Origin: Acidobacteriaceae bacterium
GTDB lineage: Bacteria > Acidobacteriota > Terriglobia > Bryobacterales > Bryobacteraceae
DNA length: 64,000 nucleotides
Direction: 5' to 3'
Assembly (NCBI GenBank): GCA_020247055.1
Contig: JADCJL010000115.1
Coordinates: 12,095-76,094, forward strand
Within the stretch, counting starts at the first letter, position 1; the number at the start of each line of letters is the position of its first letter. The notes beneath the pieces were generated by a model. The model was not told the DNA's origin. It did no database searches and worked only from the letters and a program-made list of their open reading frames with translations. Shown in pieces: positions 46,861-55,564 of this stretch. A program made the translations under genes and the position numbers.

Positions 46861-47364
46861 TTAGTTCGTCCGCACCGCGACGAGGGTGGACGCGTCAAAG
46901 GGGCCCGCATCGAGGCCCACGTCCACCTTCACGTCAATGTTCTTGCAGATGGACGGCGTGCACGCCTGCCCCTTCACGCCCACCTTGCCCACGGCGCCCT
47001 CGCGCTTCACCGGCGCGGCAAACTGCGCTTCGCCCTCGAACCCCCAGGTGAAGATGCGCAGTTCGGGCTTCGAGAAATCCTGCGGCGCGGTCTGCTTCCA
47101 GGGCCCGGTCACCGTCAGCCCTTCGCCCACGATCACCTTCGTCGGCAGGTCCGCGCTCAGCGCCTTCTTACCCTTCAGTGCTTCCACGGCCCGCACGGCG
47201 TTGTCCATCGCGAACGTGTGCCAGCCCTTACCCAGCTTTACGCGCACCACCAGTTGGTCGCCCGCCAGGCGCGCATCGTAGATCGCGCACACCTCGTCGT
47301 CGACCATCACCTGCACGGGCGCGCCCCAACCCGTCGCCAACAGAACCAAGCTCAGTAGTTTCAT
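46861..47364 (-). CDS. exported DsbD-N-terminal/DsbC-corrector-like domain protein (tentative)
   Basis: It has the signal peptide MKLLSLVLLATGWG, is beta-rich, and carries a C-terminal GQACTPSICK Cys pair resembling the Y-x-G-C...C motif of the DsbD alpha-domain family. Its start overlaps the upstream gene's stop as ATGA. Confidence 0.45.
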   Translation of the reverse strand: MKLLSLVLLATGWGAPVQVMVDDEVCAIYDARLAGDQLVVRVKLGKGWHTFAMDNAVRAVEALKGKKALSADLPTKVIVGEGLTVTGPWKQTAPQDFSKPELRIFTWGFEGEAQFAAPVKREGAVGKVGVKGQACTPSICKNIDVKVDVGLDAGPFDASTLVAVRTN

Positions 47365-48575
47365 TTTCGAAAGCTCATCTGCATCGTCTTCAGCGGCATC
47401 TCAATCCGCTTGCCGCCCCGCAGCACTTCGAGCGTGGCCGCATCGCCGGGCGCCTTGCGCAGGATCAAATACAACGAAGCCGTATGCGCATCCGGATCGA
47501 CGCGCTTGCCGTCGATGCCGGCAATCACATCGTCCTCCTGCAGCCCGTGCAGTTCCATGGTCCGCGCCGTGCTCGAGACATACTTCACGCGGCTGGCAAA
47601 GCCTTCGGCCGGCAGCCCGAGCTCCTGCTTTTCGGCCGCGCTCAGCGGCCGGTCGTCGAAGTAGAAGCGCGGCTCCACGCTCGACTGGCGGAACTTGGTC
47701 TCCGACCACCACCACTGCGGCGGCAGCGCCATCGTCACCTCCACCATCTTGCCGCCTCGCTCCACGGTCAGGTGCGCTTCCCGCGCCTTCCGCGGCGTCT
47801 CGTTAAAACGGTGCTGCACGTCAGCGAAGGTCCACACCACTTTGCCTTCCCACTGCGCGATGCGGTCGCCCGCCGCGAGCCCGGCCGCGGCGGCTGCCCC
47901 GTTGGTCTCTTTGATCACCAGCCCCTTCGGCACATCGAGAAAGATGCCCACGCGCTTCAGATCCGGCGACCGGTATAGGTGCACCATCTTGTCGAGCGTC
48001 CCGTCCTGATGGCGGTGCAGGTTCTGGTAGTCGCCAATCAGATGGCACTCGACGCACTGGTTCCGCGCGAAGGTCCGTTCGACGAGCAGCGAATAGTTCT
48101 TCGGGAAATCGGGCTTCGGCCGCGGCGGCGCCGGCGGGCGGTGGGCGTGCAGTTCCAGCCCCTTGGCCGCGGCCAGCGTCAGGCTTTCCAGGTTCAGATA
48201 AGTATCCGGCGAAGCGTTGTCGCGCCCGCCGTAGCGCAGGTAGATCTGCTCGTCGGCGTTGAGCAGGTAGAAGTAGATCGTGTTGTTCCGGTCGTGTTCA
48301 AAAAGACCAATATCGATCGTATCCATGCGGATAATGCGCACGGTAACGTACTGCCGGAGCAGTTTGCCGAGGGGCGAATCTTTCGGTGACAGCACAACCT
48401 GTGCGTCAAATGTTCGGCCGTTCGTTCAAGGTTCGCAGCGAAACTCGAGGAAAATCGGCTTGCCGGTCGCCTTCGCCATTTTCAAGGCTTCCCCATAGTT
48501 GTCGAGCCAGACGATATCATCATCTTGGGCCACCGCCAGCGCGGCCAAACCGATAAGAAGCAGCAAAACCCGCAT
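47361..48575 (-). CDS. candidate selenoprotein: exported thioredoxin-like (C-E-P-U) protein with a CxxCH motif and two PDZ domains; in-frame TGA at 48426..48428
   Basis: ATG at 48575 gives MRVLLLLIGLAALAVAQDDDIVWLDNYGEALKMAKATGKPIFLEFRCEP-TGA-TNGRTFDAQVVLSPKDSPLGKLL... The reading frame is continuous with track ORF 47361..48395 (48575-48395=180). The TGA occupies the second redox position of the Trx-fold motif. PDZ-like GLAAGDRIAQWEGKVV and GLQEDDVIAGIDGKRV lie downstream. The alternative reading is a pseudogene or two separate ORFs. Confidence 0.5.
48372..48419 (-). promoter_or_regulatory. SECIS-like stem-loop downstream of the in-frame UGA
   Basis: The RNA reads GGCCGAA-CAUUU-GACGCAC-AGGUU-GUGC(U)GUC-ACCGAAAGA-UUCGCCC. 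The upper stem is 7 bp with one bulged U and an AGGUU loop (48388..48407). The lower stem is 6 bp with a C-C mismatch. The structure was folded by eye only. Confidence 0.35.
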
Positions 48576-48595
48576 AATTCCCACATTGTAGCAAC

Positions 48596-49504
48596 ATGCC
48601 TATTCGCCTCTCCGCCTTTCCCAAGTGCTATCTGGACGCCATCGCCGGCGAAAAGCCCACGATGACCGTCTTTGACTGGATCGCCATGGCGCGCGACCTC
48701 GACGCCGACGGCCTTGAAATGTACGACGGCTTCTTCACCTCGCTCGAACCGGCCTACCTCGATTCGATCGGCGAGGCCATCTCCACCGCCGGCTTCGACA
48801 TGCCGATGCTGTGCTGCTCGCCGGACTTCACCAACCCCGACGCCGACGCCCGCCAACGCGCCGTCGAACGCGAAGCGGCCATGATCGCCGTCACACGCCG
48901 ACTCGGCGGCCCCGGCGCGGTCTGCCGCGTCCTCAGCGGACAGCGCTACCCCGGCCTCTCCCGCGAACAGGGCCTGCATTGGGTGGTCGAATGCATCGAG
49001 TCGCTGCTGCCCGTCGCCCGCGAACACGGCATCATCCTTGGCCTCGAAAACCACTACAAAGACGGCTTCTGGCGCTACCCCGAGTTTGCCCAGAAGAAGG
49101 ACGTCTTCCTCGAACTCCTCGCTCTCATCAACGACACGGAAAACTTCGGCGTCCAGTACGATCCCTCGAACGCCCTCGTCGCCGGCGATGATCCCATCGA
49201 ACTGCTCGAACTCGTCGCCCCGCGCGTGGTTTCGATGCACGCCAGCGACCGCTACCTCGTCCCCGGCGCTTCGCTCGAAGACCTGCGCCAATCCGACGGC
49301 ACGCTCGGCTACTCGCCCAACCTCCGCCACGGCGTCACGGGCCAGGGCCTCAACGACTACCACGAGATCTTCCGCATCCTCGCCGCCCACAACTACAACG
49401 GCTGGATCAGCCTTGAAGACGGCATGAACGGCATGGACGAAATGGTCGCCTCGCTCGCCTTCCTGCGCCGCATGAGCGCGCAGTACTTCCCGGAGGCGAA
49501 CTAA
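48596..49504 (+). CDS. sugar phosphate isomerase/epimerase (xylose-isomerase-like TIM barrel)
   Basis: GLEMYDGF, ILGLENHY, the QYDPSN motif and WISLED match the typical AP_endonuc_2/xylose isomerase-like pattern. Confidence 0.88.
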   Translation: MPIRLSAFPKCYLDAIAGEKPTMTVFDWIAMARDLDADGLEMYDGFFTSLEPAYLDSIGEAISTAGFDMPMLCCSPDFTNPDADARQRAVEREAAMIAVTRRLGGPGAVCRVLSGQRYPGLSREQGLHWVVECIESLLPVAREHGIILGLENHYKDGFWRYPEFAQKKDVFLELLALINDTENFGVQYDPSNALVAGDDPIELLELVAPRVVSMHASDRYLVPGASLEDLRQSDGTLGYSPNLRHGVTGQGLNDYHEIFRILAAHNYNGWISLEDGMNGMDEMVASLAFLRRMSAQYFPEAN

Positions 49505-49505
49505 T

Positions 49506-50534
49506 ATGCGCACCGGCCTCGTCGGCTGCGGCAAGGTGGGCCACCTGCACGCGGCCGCGCTCTCGGAACTCAGCACCTTCACCGGCGTCTGCGACCACGA
49601 CCCCGCACGCGCCGCCGCCTTCGCCGCGCAGTACGGCGCCACGCCCTACGCCGATCTCGAAACGATGCTTGGCGCCGTCGACGCCATCGTCATCTGCACG
49701 CCGCATCCGCTCCACGCCGCCCCCGCGCTGCCGGCGCTCGAACGCGGCATCCACGTGCTCGTCGAAAAGCCGCTCGCCGCCACCGTCGATGATTGCGACC
49801 GCATGCTCGAAGCCGCCGTGCGCGGCCGTGCCCGCCTCGGCGTCGTCAGCCAGCGCCGCTTCTTTGAACCCGTGCTGGCGATGAAGGCCGCCATCGCCGC
49901 CGGCAAGATCGGCCAGCCTATCCTCGGCACCGTCGCCATGTTCAGCTGGCGCGACGAGGCCTACTACCGCTCCGACCCGTGGCGCGGCAAATGGTCCACC
50001 GAAGGCGGCGGCGTGCTGATCAATCAAGCCCCCCACCACCTCGACATCCTGCAGTGGATGATGGGCCCCATGCGCGAGGTCTCCGGCGAATGGAGCAACC
50101 TGAACCATCCCTACGTCGAGGTTGAAGACACGGCCCTTGCCAATGTCCGCTTCGCGAGCGGTGGCCTCGGCAACATCGTCTGCAGCCTCTCGCAGAACCC
50201 CGGCATCCACACGAAAATCCACGTCCACGGCAAGAACGGCTACTCGGTCGGCACCCAGACCGACGGCGGCGCCACCTTCATCGCCGGCATGTCCGGCTCC
50301 GCGCTCGAACCGGCCTACAACGACCTGTGGACCATCCCCGGCGAGACCGCGCCCACCTACAACGCCCCGGTCGATCCCATCCCGCACTACCACCGGCTCC
50401 AGGTGAAAGACTTCCTCGAAGCCATCGACGAGAACCGCCCCTTCGTCTCCCCGGCCGAAGACGGCCGCGCCGTGGTCGCCCTCATCCAGGGCATCTACCG
50501 TTCGAGCCGCGAACGCCGTCCCTCCGCGTTATGA
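49506..50534 (+). CDS. Gfo/Idh/MocA-family NAD(P)-dependent oxidoreductase
   Basis: The N-terminal Rossmann segment is MRTGLVGCGKVGHLHA. VLVEKPLA is the EKP motif, and the C-terminal alpha/beta domain is present. Confidence 0.9.
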   Translation: MRTGLVGCGKVGHLHAAALSELSTFTGVCDHDPARAAAFAAQYGATPYADLETMLGAVDAIVICTPHPLHAAPALPALERGIHVLVEKPLAATVDDCDRMLEAAVRGRARLGVVSQRRFFEPVLAMKAAIAAGKIGQPILGTVAMFSWRDEAYYRSDPWRGKWSTEGGGVLINQAPHHLDILQWMMGPMREVSGEWSNLNHPYVEVEDTALANVRFASGGLGNIVCSLSQNPGIHTKIHVHGKNGYSVGTQTDGGATFIAGMSGSALEPAYNDLWTIPGETAPTYNAPVDPIPHYHRLQVKDFLEAIDENRPFVSPAEDGRAVVALIQGIYRSSRERRPSAL

Positions 50535-52366
50535 GACTTGTTATGAGATACGATACCGCCGTGCGCCCTACCCTTCTCGCCCTCCTCGCTACCGCCGCTC
50601 TCGCGCAGGAGTTCCACCTCAAAGACGGCGACCGCGTCGTCTTTTTCGGTGACTCCATCACCGACCAGCGGCTCTATACGACCTTCACGGAGACCTTCGC
50701 CGTCACCCGCTTCCCCGGCCGCAAGATCACCTTCACCCACTCGGGCTGGGGCGGCGACCGCGTCACCGGCGGCGCCGGCGGCGGCATCGCCGAACGCCTC
50801 TCCCGCGACGTATTCGCCTACCAGCCCACCGTCGTCTCCATCATGCTCGGCATGAACGACGGCCGCGTCCGCCCCTACGAACAGCAGATCTTCGACACGT
50901 ATGCCAACGGCTACCGGAACATCATCAAAGGGTTGAAAGCCAAGGGCCCCGGCGTCCGCATCACCGCCATCCAGCCCTCGCCCTACGACGACGTCACCTA
51001 CGAACCCCGCTTCCCCGGCGGCTACAACGCCGTCCTGCTGCGCTTTGCTGACTTCCTCGCGCAACTCGCCAAGGACCAGCAACTCACCGTGGCCGATCTC
51101 AACCGCCCCGTCACCGCCATGCTCGCCAAGGCCAAGGCAACCGATGCAGCGCTCTCGCAGAAGATCATCCCGGACCGCGTCCACCCCGGCCCGGCCGGCC
51201 ACCTCATCATGGCCGGCGGTCTGCTCGCCGGCTGGAACGCGCCCAGCCTCGTTTCGGCCGTCACCATCGACGCCAAGACCCAAACCGTCACCGCCGCGGC
51301 CAACGCCAAAGTAACCAATCTCGCCAAGCTCTCCTGGACCCAACTCGACAGCGCCCTTCCCTTCCCCATCGAGATGGCCGACCCCACCATGGCCCTGGCC
51401 GTCAACTCCTCGGACTTCGTCGCCCGCTTCAACCAGCAGACGCTCAAGATCACCGGCCTCCCCGCCGGCCCGCACACGCTCCGCATCGATGGCAGCGAGG
51501 TCGCCACCCGCACCGCCGCCGAATGGGCCGCCGGCGTCAACCTCGCCACGCTCCGCACCCCCATGTGGGCGCAGGCCGCCGAGGTGCACGCCCTCACGCT
51601 CCGCCGCGCAAACGTCCACAACACGCGCTGGCGCAACCTGCAGGTGCCGCTCAGCCAGGACGGCCTCGCCGGCCTCGCCAAGGCTAACGAAGCCATCGAC
51701 GCGCTCACCGCCGAGCTCACCGCCAAGCAGCGCGCCGCCGCGCAACCCGTGCCGCACCAGTTCGAACTCGTCGCCGGCCCTTCGGCCTTCCGGCCGCTGT
51801 GGAACGGCCGCGACCTCACCGGCTGGCACATCAGCCAGGTCAACCACCACGGCAACACGCAGGGCTGGAAGGTGGAAGACGGCGCGCTGACCGGCACGCA
51901 GGACCGGCCCGGCCACGGCGGCATTCTCCTCACCGACCGCCCCTACAAAAACTTCGAAATCAGCCTTGAAGTCAACCCCACTTACGGCTGCGACGGCGGC
52001 CTGTTTCTCCGCGCCAACGAAAAAGGGCAGGCCTATCAGGTGCTGCTCGACTACCTCGACGGCGGCGCCATCGGCGGCATCTACGGCGAACGTCTGCAGG
52101 GCGTCACCACCTTCGTGCCCCGCTGGCAACTCTGGTATCGCAACGCCGATTGGAACCATCTGCGCGCCCGGATTGAAGGCGACACGCCGCGCATCCGCGT
52201 CTGGCTGAACGGGATTCTGATCACCGACTTTACCGACACGGCCAACCATCTCGCCGACGGCGCCACCAGCGGCATGGTCGCCGTGCAGGTGCACGCGGGA
52301 AACCGCTGGGTGCCCGGCGGCAAGCAGCGCTTCCGCAACCTCATGATCCGCGAGTTACCGAACTAA
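50531..52366 (+). CDS. fusion protein: SGNH/GDSL hydrolase domain + DUF1080 (3-keto-disaccharide hydrolase family) domain
   Basis: The ATG at 50531 overlaps the preceding stop as ATGA. FFGDSITD is SGNH block I, GWGGD block II, GMNDG block III and DRVHP block V. The C-terminal LWNGRDLTGWH...GGILLTDRPYKNFEISLE...GLFLR...VQVH is DUF1080-like. Confidence 0.8.
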   Translation: MRLVMRYDTAVRPTLLALLATAALAQEFHLKDGDRVVFFGDSITDQRLYTTFTETFAVTRFPGRKITFTHSGWGGDRVTGGAGGGIAERLSRDVFAYQPTVVSIMLGMNDGRVRPYEQQIFDTYANGYRNIIKGLKAKGPGVRITAIQPSPYDDVTYEPRFPGGYNAVLLRFADFLAQLAKDQQLTVADLNRPVTAMLAKAKATDAALSQKIIPDRVHPGPAGHLIMAGGLLAGWNAPSLVSAVTIDAKTQTVTAAANAKVTNLAKLSWTQLDSALPFPIEMADPTMALAVNSSDFVARFNQQTLKITGLPAGPHTLRIDGSEVATRTAAEWAAGVNLATLRTPMWAQAAEVHALTLRRANVHNTRWRNLQVPLSQDGLAGLAKANEAIDALTAELTAKQRAAAQPVPHQFELVAGPSAFRPLWNGRDLTGWHISQVNHHGNTQGWKVEDGALTGTQDRPGHGGILLTDRPYKNFEISLEVNPTYGCDGGLFLRANEKGQAYQVLLDYLDGGAIGGIYGERLQGVTTFVPRWQLWYRNADWNHLRARIEGDTPRIRVWLNGILITDFTDTANHLADGATSGMVAVQVHAGNRWVPGGKQRFRNLMIRELPN

Positions 52367-53160
52367 TCGGACTCCGCCACTGGACGCAGGTGGCGCCGCG
52401 TCACCTCGTCCAACTCCTGCAAGCGGCGCCAGAATCCGGCCAGCTGATCGAGCGGCAGCGCATTGGCCCCGTCCGACAGCGCCCGTTCCGGCGCCTCGTG
52501 CACCTCGACAAAGATGCCGTCCACGCCCACGGCCACCGCCGCCCGCGCTAGCGGCTCAATGAACTCGGGCTGTCCGCCGCTGCCCTGCCCCGCCGCGCCC
52601 GGCAGTTGCACGCTGTGCGTCGCGTCAAAGATCACCGGCCAGCCAAAGCTGCGCATCACAACGAGGCCGCGCATATCGACCACCAGGTTGTTGTAGCCAA
52701 ACGAGGTCCCGCGCTCGGTGAGGATGATGTTGTTGTTGCCCGTGGAGGCCACCTTCTCCGCCGCCAGGCGAATATCCCAGGGCGAAACGAACTGCCCCTT
52801 CTTGATGTTCACCACGCGGCCCGAGCGCCCCGCTTCAAGCAGCAGGTCGGTCTGCCGGCACAGGAAGGCCGGGATCTGCAGAATGTCGCAGGCCTCGGCC
52901 GCCGGCCCCACCTGCCACGGCTCGTGGACATCGGTGAGAACGCGGTAGCCCCGCCGCCGCAGCTGCAGCAGCATCCGCACGCCCTCGGCAAAGCCCGGGC
53001 CGCGGTAGGAGTGCACGCTCGACCGATTGGCCTTGTCAAAGGAGGCCTTGAAGACGAAATCCGGCGAGACCGCTGCGATACTCTCGGCGAGAAAGTTCAG
53101 ATGCTCTTCGCTTTCGATGACGCAAGGGCCGGCAATCAGGTCGAGCGACTCACTGGGCAT
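52363..53160 (-). CDS. kdsA: 3-deoxy-8-phosphooctulonate synthase
   Basis: [57 protein letters not shown] and FDATHSVQ are present. Confidence 0.92.
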   Translation of the reverse strand: MPSESLDLIAGPCVIESEEHLNFLAESIAAVSPDFVFKASFDKANRSSVHSYRGPGFAEGVRMLLQLRRRGYRVLTDVHEPWQVGPAAEACDILQIPAFLCRQTDLLLEAGRSGRVVNIKKGQFVSPWDIRLAAEKVASTGNNNIILTERGTSFGYNNLVVDMRGLVVMRSFGWPVIFDATHSVQLPGAAGQGSGGQPEFIEPLARAAVAVGVDGIFVEVHEAPERALSDGANALPLDQLAGFWRRLQELDEVTRRHLRPVAESD

Positions 53161-54787
53161 GCATCAGCTCCGCGCTCCGGCCGATGCGACGCAGATGCTC
53201 CTCGTAGGAAGCACCCACAAAAGCGGTGAAGAGCGGATGGGGTTCGAGCGGCTTGGACTTCAACTCCGGATGGAACTGGCAGCCGAGATACCACGGGTGG
53301 TCTTTAATCTCGCAGATTTCGACGTAAATGCCGTCCGGCGTCTGACCCGTCAACTGCAGGCCGCCCTCGGTCAGCACCTTCTCGAAATCCCGGTTGAACT
53401 CGTAGCGATGCCGGTGCCGCTCGCTCACCAGCTCCTGCCCGTAGGCCTCGCGCGCAAAGCTCCCCGGCGCCAGGCGGCAGGGGTAGGCGCCGAGGCGCAT
53501 CGTCCCGCCCAACTCGTCAATCCCTTTCAACTCGCGCAGCTTGTAGATGACGCGGTGCGGCGTCGAGGGTTCAAACTCGGTCGAATCCGCCAGCGGCATG
53601 CCGCAAACATTACGGGCGTACTCAATCACCATCGTCTGCATGCCAAGGCAGATGCCGAAGTAGGGCACCTTGTTTTCGCGGGCGTAGCGGATGGCGTTCA
53701 ACATGCCCTCCACGCCGCGTTTGCCGAAGCCGCCCGGCACGAGAATGCCGTCATATTGCTTCAGCGTCTCGGCGCATCCGGGCCAGGTCAAGGTCTCGGC
53801 CTCGATCCAGTGAATGTTCACCTTCAGCCGCCGGGCCAAGCCCCCGTGCAGCAGCGCTTCCTTCAGGCTCTTGTAGCTGTCCTCGTACTCGACGTACTTA
53901 CCCACCAGGCCGATGTTCACTTCATCCACGGTGTTCTGCATGCGGTCGAGCATTTCGGTCCAGCGAGCCAGATCGCGCGGCGGGGTGTTCTCCATGCGGA
54001 ACTGGTGCAGAATGATCTCGTCCACGCCCTGTTCGGCGAACATCAGCGGCACTTCGTAGATCGTCTTGGCGTCCGAGGCGCTGATCACCGCCCGCGGCTC
54101 CACATCGCAAAACAGCGCGATCTTCTCTTTGACGTCGGCGCCCAGCGGCCGCTCGCTGCGGCAGACCAGAATATCGGGCTGCACGCCGATGGCCCGCAGC
54201 TCCTTCACGCTGTGCTGCGTCGGCTTGGTCTTCAGCTCGTGCGCCGCCGCAATCCACGGCACCAGGCTCACGTGCACAAAGATCGTGTTGTCCCGGCCCT
54301 TCTCGTGGCGCACCTGCCGGATGGCCTCAAGAAACGGCAGGGACTCGATGTCGCCCACCGTCCCCCCGATTTCAACGATGACCACATCAACGTCCGGCGA
54401 CACGCGCTCAATGCCGGCTTTGATCTCGTTGGTCACGTGCGGGATCACCTGCACGGTCTTGCCGAGGTAGTCGCCCCGGCGCTCCCGGCTGATGATGGTC
54501 TCATAGATCCGGCCCGAGGTCAGGTTGTTGGCCTGCGTGAGCGGCGCGTGGGTGAACCGCTCATAGTGGCCGAGGTCGAGGTCGGTCTCAGCGCCGTCGT
54601 CGGTGACGAACACCTCGCCGTGCTGATAGGGGCTCATGGTCCCCGGGTCAACGTTCAGATACGGATCAAACTTTTGCAGCGTGACGCGCAACCCGCGGCT
54701 TTCGAGCAGGCAACCAATGGATGCCGCGGCGATCCCTTTGCCAAGGGAACTCACCACGCCACCCGTCACGAAAATGTATTTGGCCAT
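53150..54787 (-). CDS. pyrG: CTP synthase
   Basis: [19 protein letters not shown], the [11 protein letters not shown] motif, and the glutaminase GICLGMQ and HRHRYE motifs are present. Confidence 0.96.
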   Translation of the reverse strand: MAKYIFVTGGVVSSLGKGIAAASIGCLLESRGLRVTLQKFDPYLNVDPGTMSPYQHGEVFVTDDGAETDLDLGHYERFTHAPLTQANNLTSGRIYETIISRERRGDYLGKTVQVIPHVTNEIKAGIERVSPDVDVVIVEIGGTVGDIESLPFLEAIRQVRHEKGRDNTIFVHVSLVPWIAAAHELKTKPTQHSVKELRAIGVQPDILVCRSERPLGADVKEKIALFCDVEPRAVISASDAKTIYEVPLMFAEQGVDEIILHQFRMENTPPRDLARWTEMLDRMQNTVDEVNIGLVGKYVEYEDSYKSLKEALLHGGLARRLKVNIHWIEAETLTWPGCAETLKQYDGILVPGGFGKRGVEGMLNAIRYARENKVPYFGICLGMQTMVIEYARNVCGMPLADSTEFEPSTPHRVIYKLRELKGIDELGGTMRLGAYPCRLAPGSFAREAYGQELVSERHRHRYEFNRDFEKVLTEGGLQLTGQTPDGIYVEICEIKDHPWYLGCQFHPELKSKPLEPHPLFTAFVGASYEEHLRRIGRSAELMHAQ

Positions 54788-54793
54788 AGAAAA

Positions 54794-55525
54794 TTAAGAG
54801 AGAGTGCCCAGATGCCTCTGGACGCGAACAAGGTCTTCCGGGGTATCTACCCCCAAGGATTCGTACTCCGTTTCCGCAACGTGAATGGCAAAGCCATTCT
54901 CGAGCGCCCGCAACTGTTCGAGTCGCTCGGCCTGCTCCAACGGGCCCACCGGCAGCCCGGAGTAGCCGAGCAGAAACTCCCGCCGGTAGACATACAGCCC
55001 GATGTGTTTAAAGTAATCCACCGCGCCGCCCCGGTTGAACGGGATCGGACTGCGCGAAAAGTAAAGGGCAAAGCCCCGGCGGTCGGTGACGACTTTGACG
55101 ACGTTCGGATTGGTGATTTCATCAAGGCGCTCGATGCGGCGCTTGAGCGTCGCCATCTGCGCCTCGGGGTTTTCGAGCAGACTCTCGACGGCCACGGCAA
55201 TGGCGCCGGGGTCAATCAGCGGCTCATCGCCCTGAATGTTGACGACAATCTCCTGCGGATGGCCGGCGGCCACCTCCGCCACGCGGTCGGTGCCGGAGAG
55301 ATGGGTGGAGGCGGTCATCCGAACCGGGGCTCCAAACGTGCGGCAAGCGGCGGCAATCGCTTCATCGTCGGTGGCGATGACGACCTCATCGAGGGAAGAA
55401 CAGCGGCAGGCGCGTTCATAAACGTGCTGCAGCATCGGCTTGCCGTCCAGAGGGACGAGGGGCTTCCCTGGAAATCGCGTAGAGGCCAGGCGCGCCGGAA
55501 TAATTCCTATAACTCTGGCGGGCAC
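54794..55525 (-). CDS. kdsB: 3-deoxy-manno-octulosonate cytidylyltransferase
   Basis: The GTG at 55525 gives MPARVIGIIPARLASTRFPGKPL, the typical KdsB N-terminus. VVNIQGDEP is present. The longer track ORF to 55687 would overlap the divergent gene. The GTG at 55540 is an alternative start. Confidence 0.85.
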   Translation of the reverse strand: MPARVIGIIPARLASTRFPGKPLVPLDGKPMLQHVYERACRCSSLDEVVIATDDEAIAAACRTFGAPVRMTASTHLSGTDRVAEVAAGHPQEIVVNIQGDEPLIDPGAIAVAVESLLENPEAQMATLKRRIERLDEITNPNVVKVVTDRRGFALYFSRSPIPFNRGGAVDYFKHIGLYVYRREFLLGYSGLPVGPLEQAERLEQLRALENGFAIHVAETEYESLGVDTPEDLVRVQRHLGTLS

Positions 55526-55564
55526 AATAGATGGTAACACGCACTCTGGTGATAAGATCTCGTC

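Noticed and set aside
47361-48428. Reading the TGA at 48426..48428 as a plain gene boundary, giving a 49-aa ORF plus the 344-aa track ORF.
   Set aside because: I have not fully rejected this reading and keep it as the null hypothesis. It is disfavoured for three reasons. The downstream ORF would lack its signal peptide and half of its thioredoxin fold. The two frames are identical. The stop falls exactly on the redox Cys position. A recent nonsense mutation (pseudogene) remains possible.
52363-55525. The kdsB-pyrG-kdsA cluster as something unusual.
   Set aside because: Linking CTP synthase with the CMP-Kdo pathway genes is functionally coherent, since CTP is the KdsB substrate, and it is a known type of synteny. 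I recorded the genes as features only.
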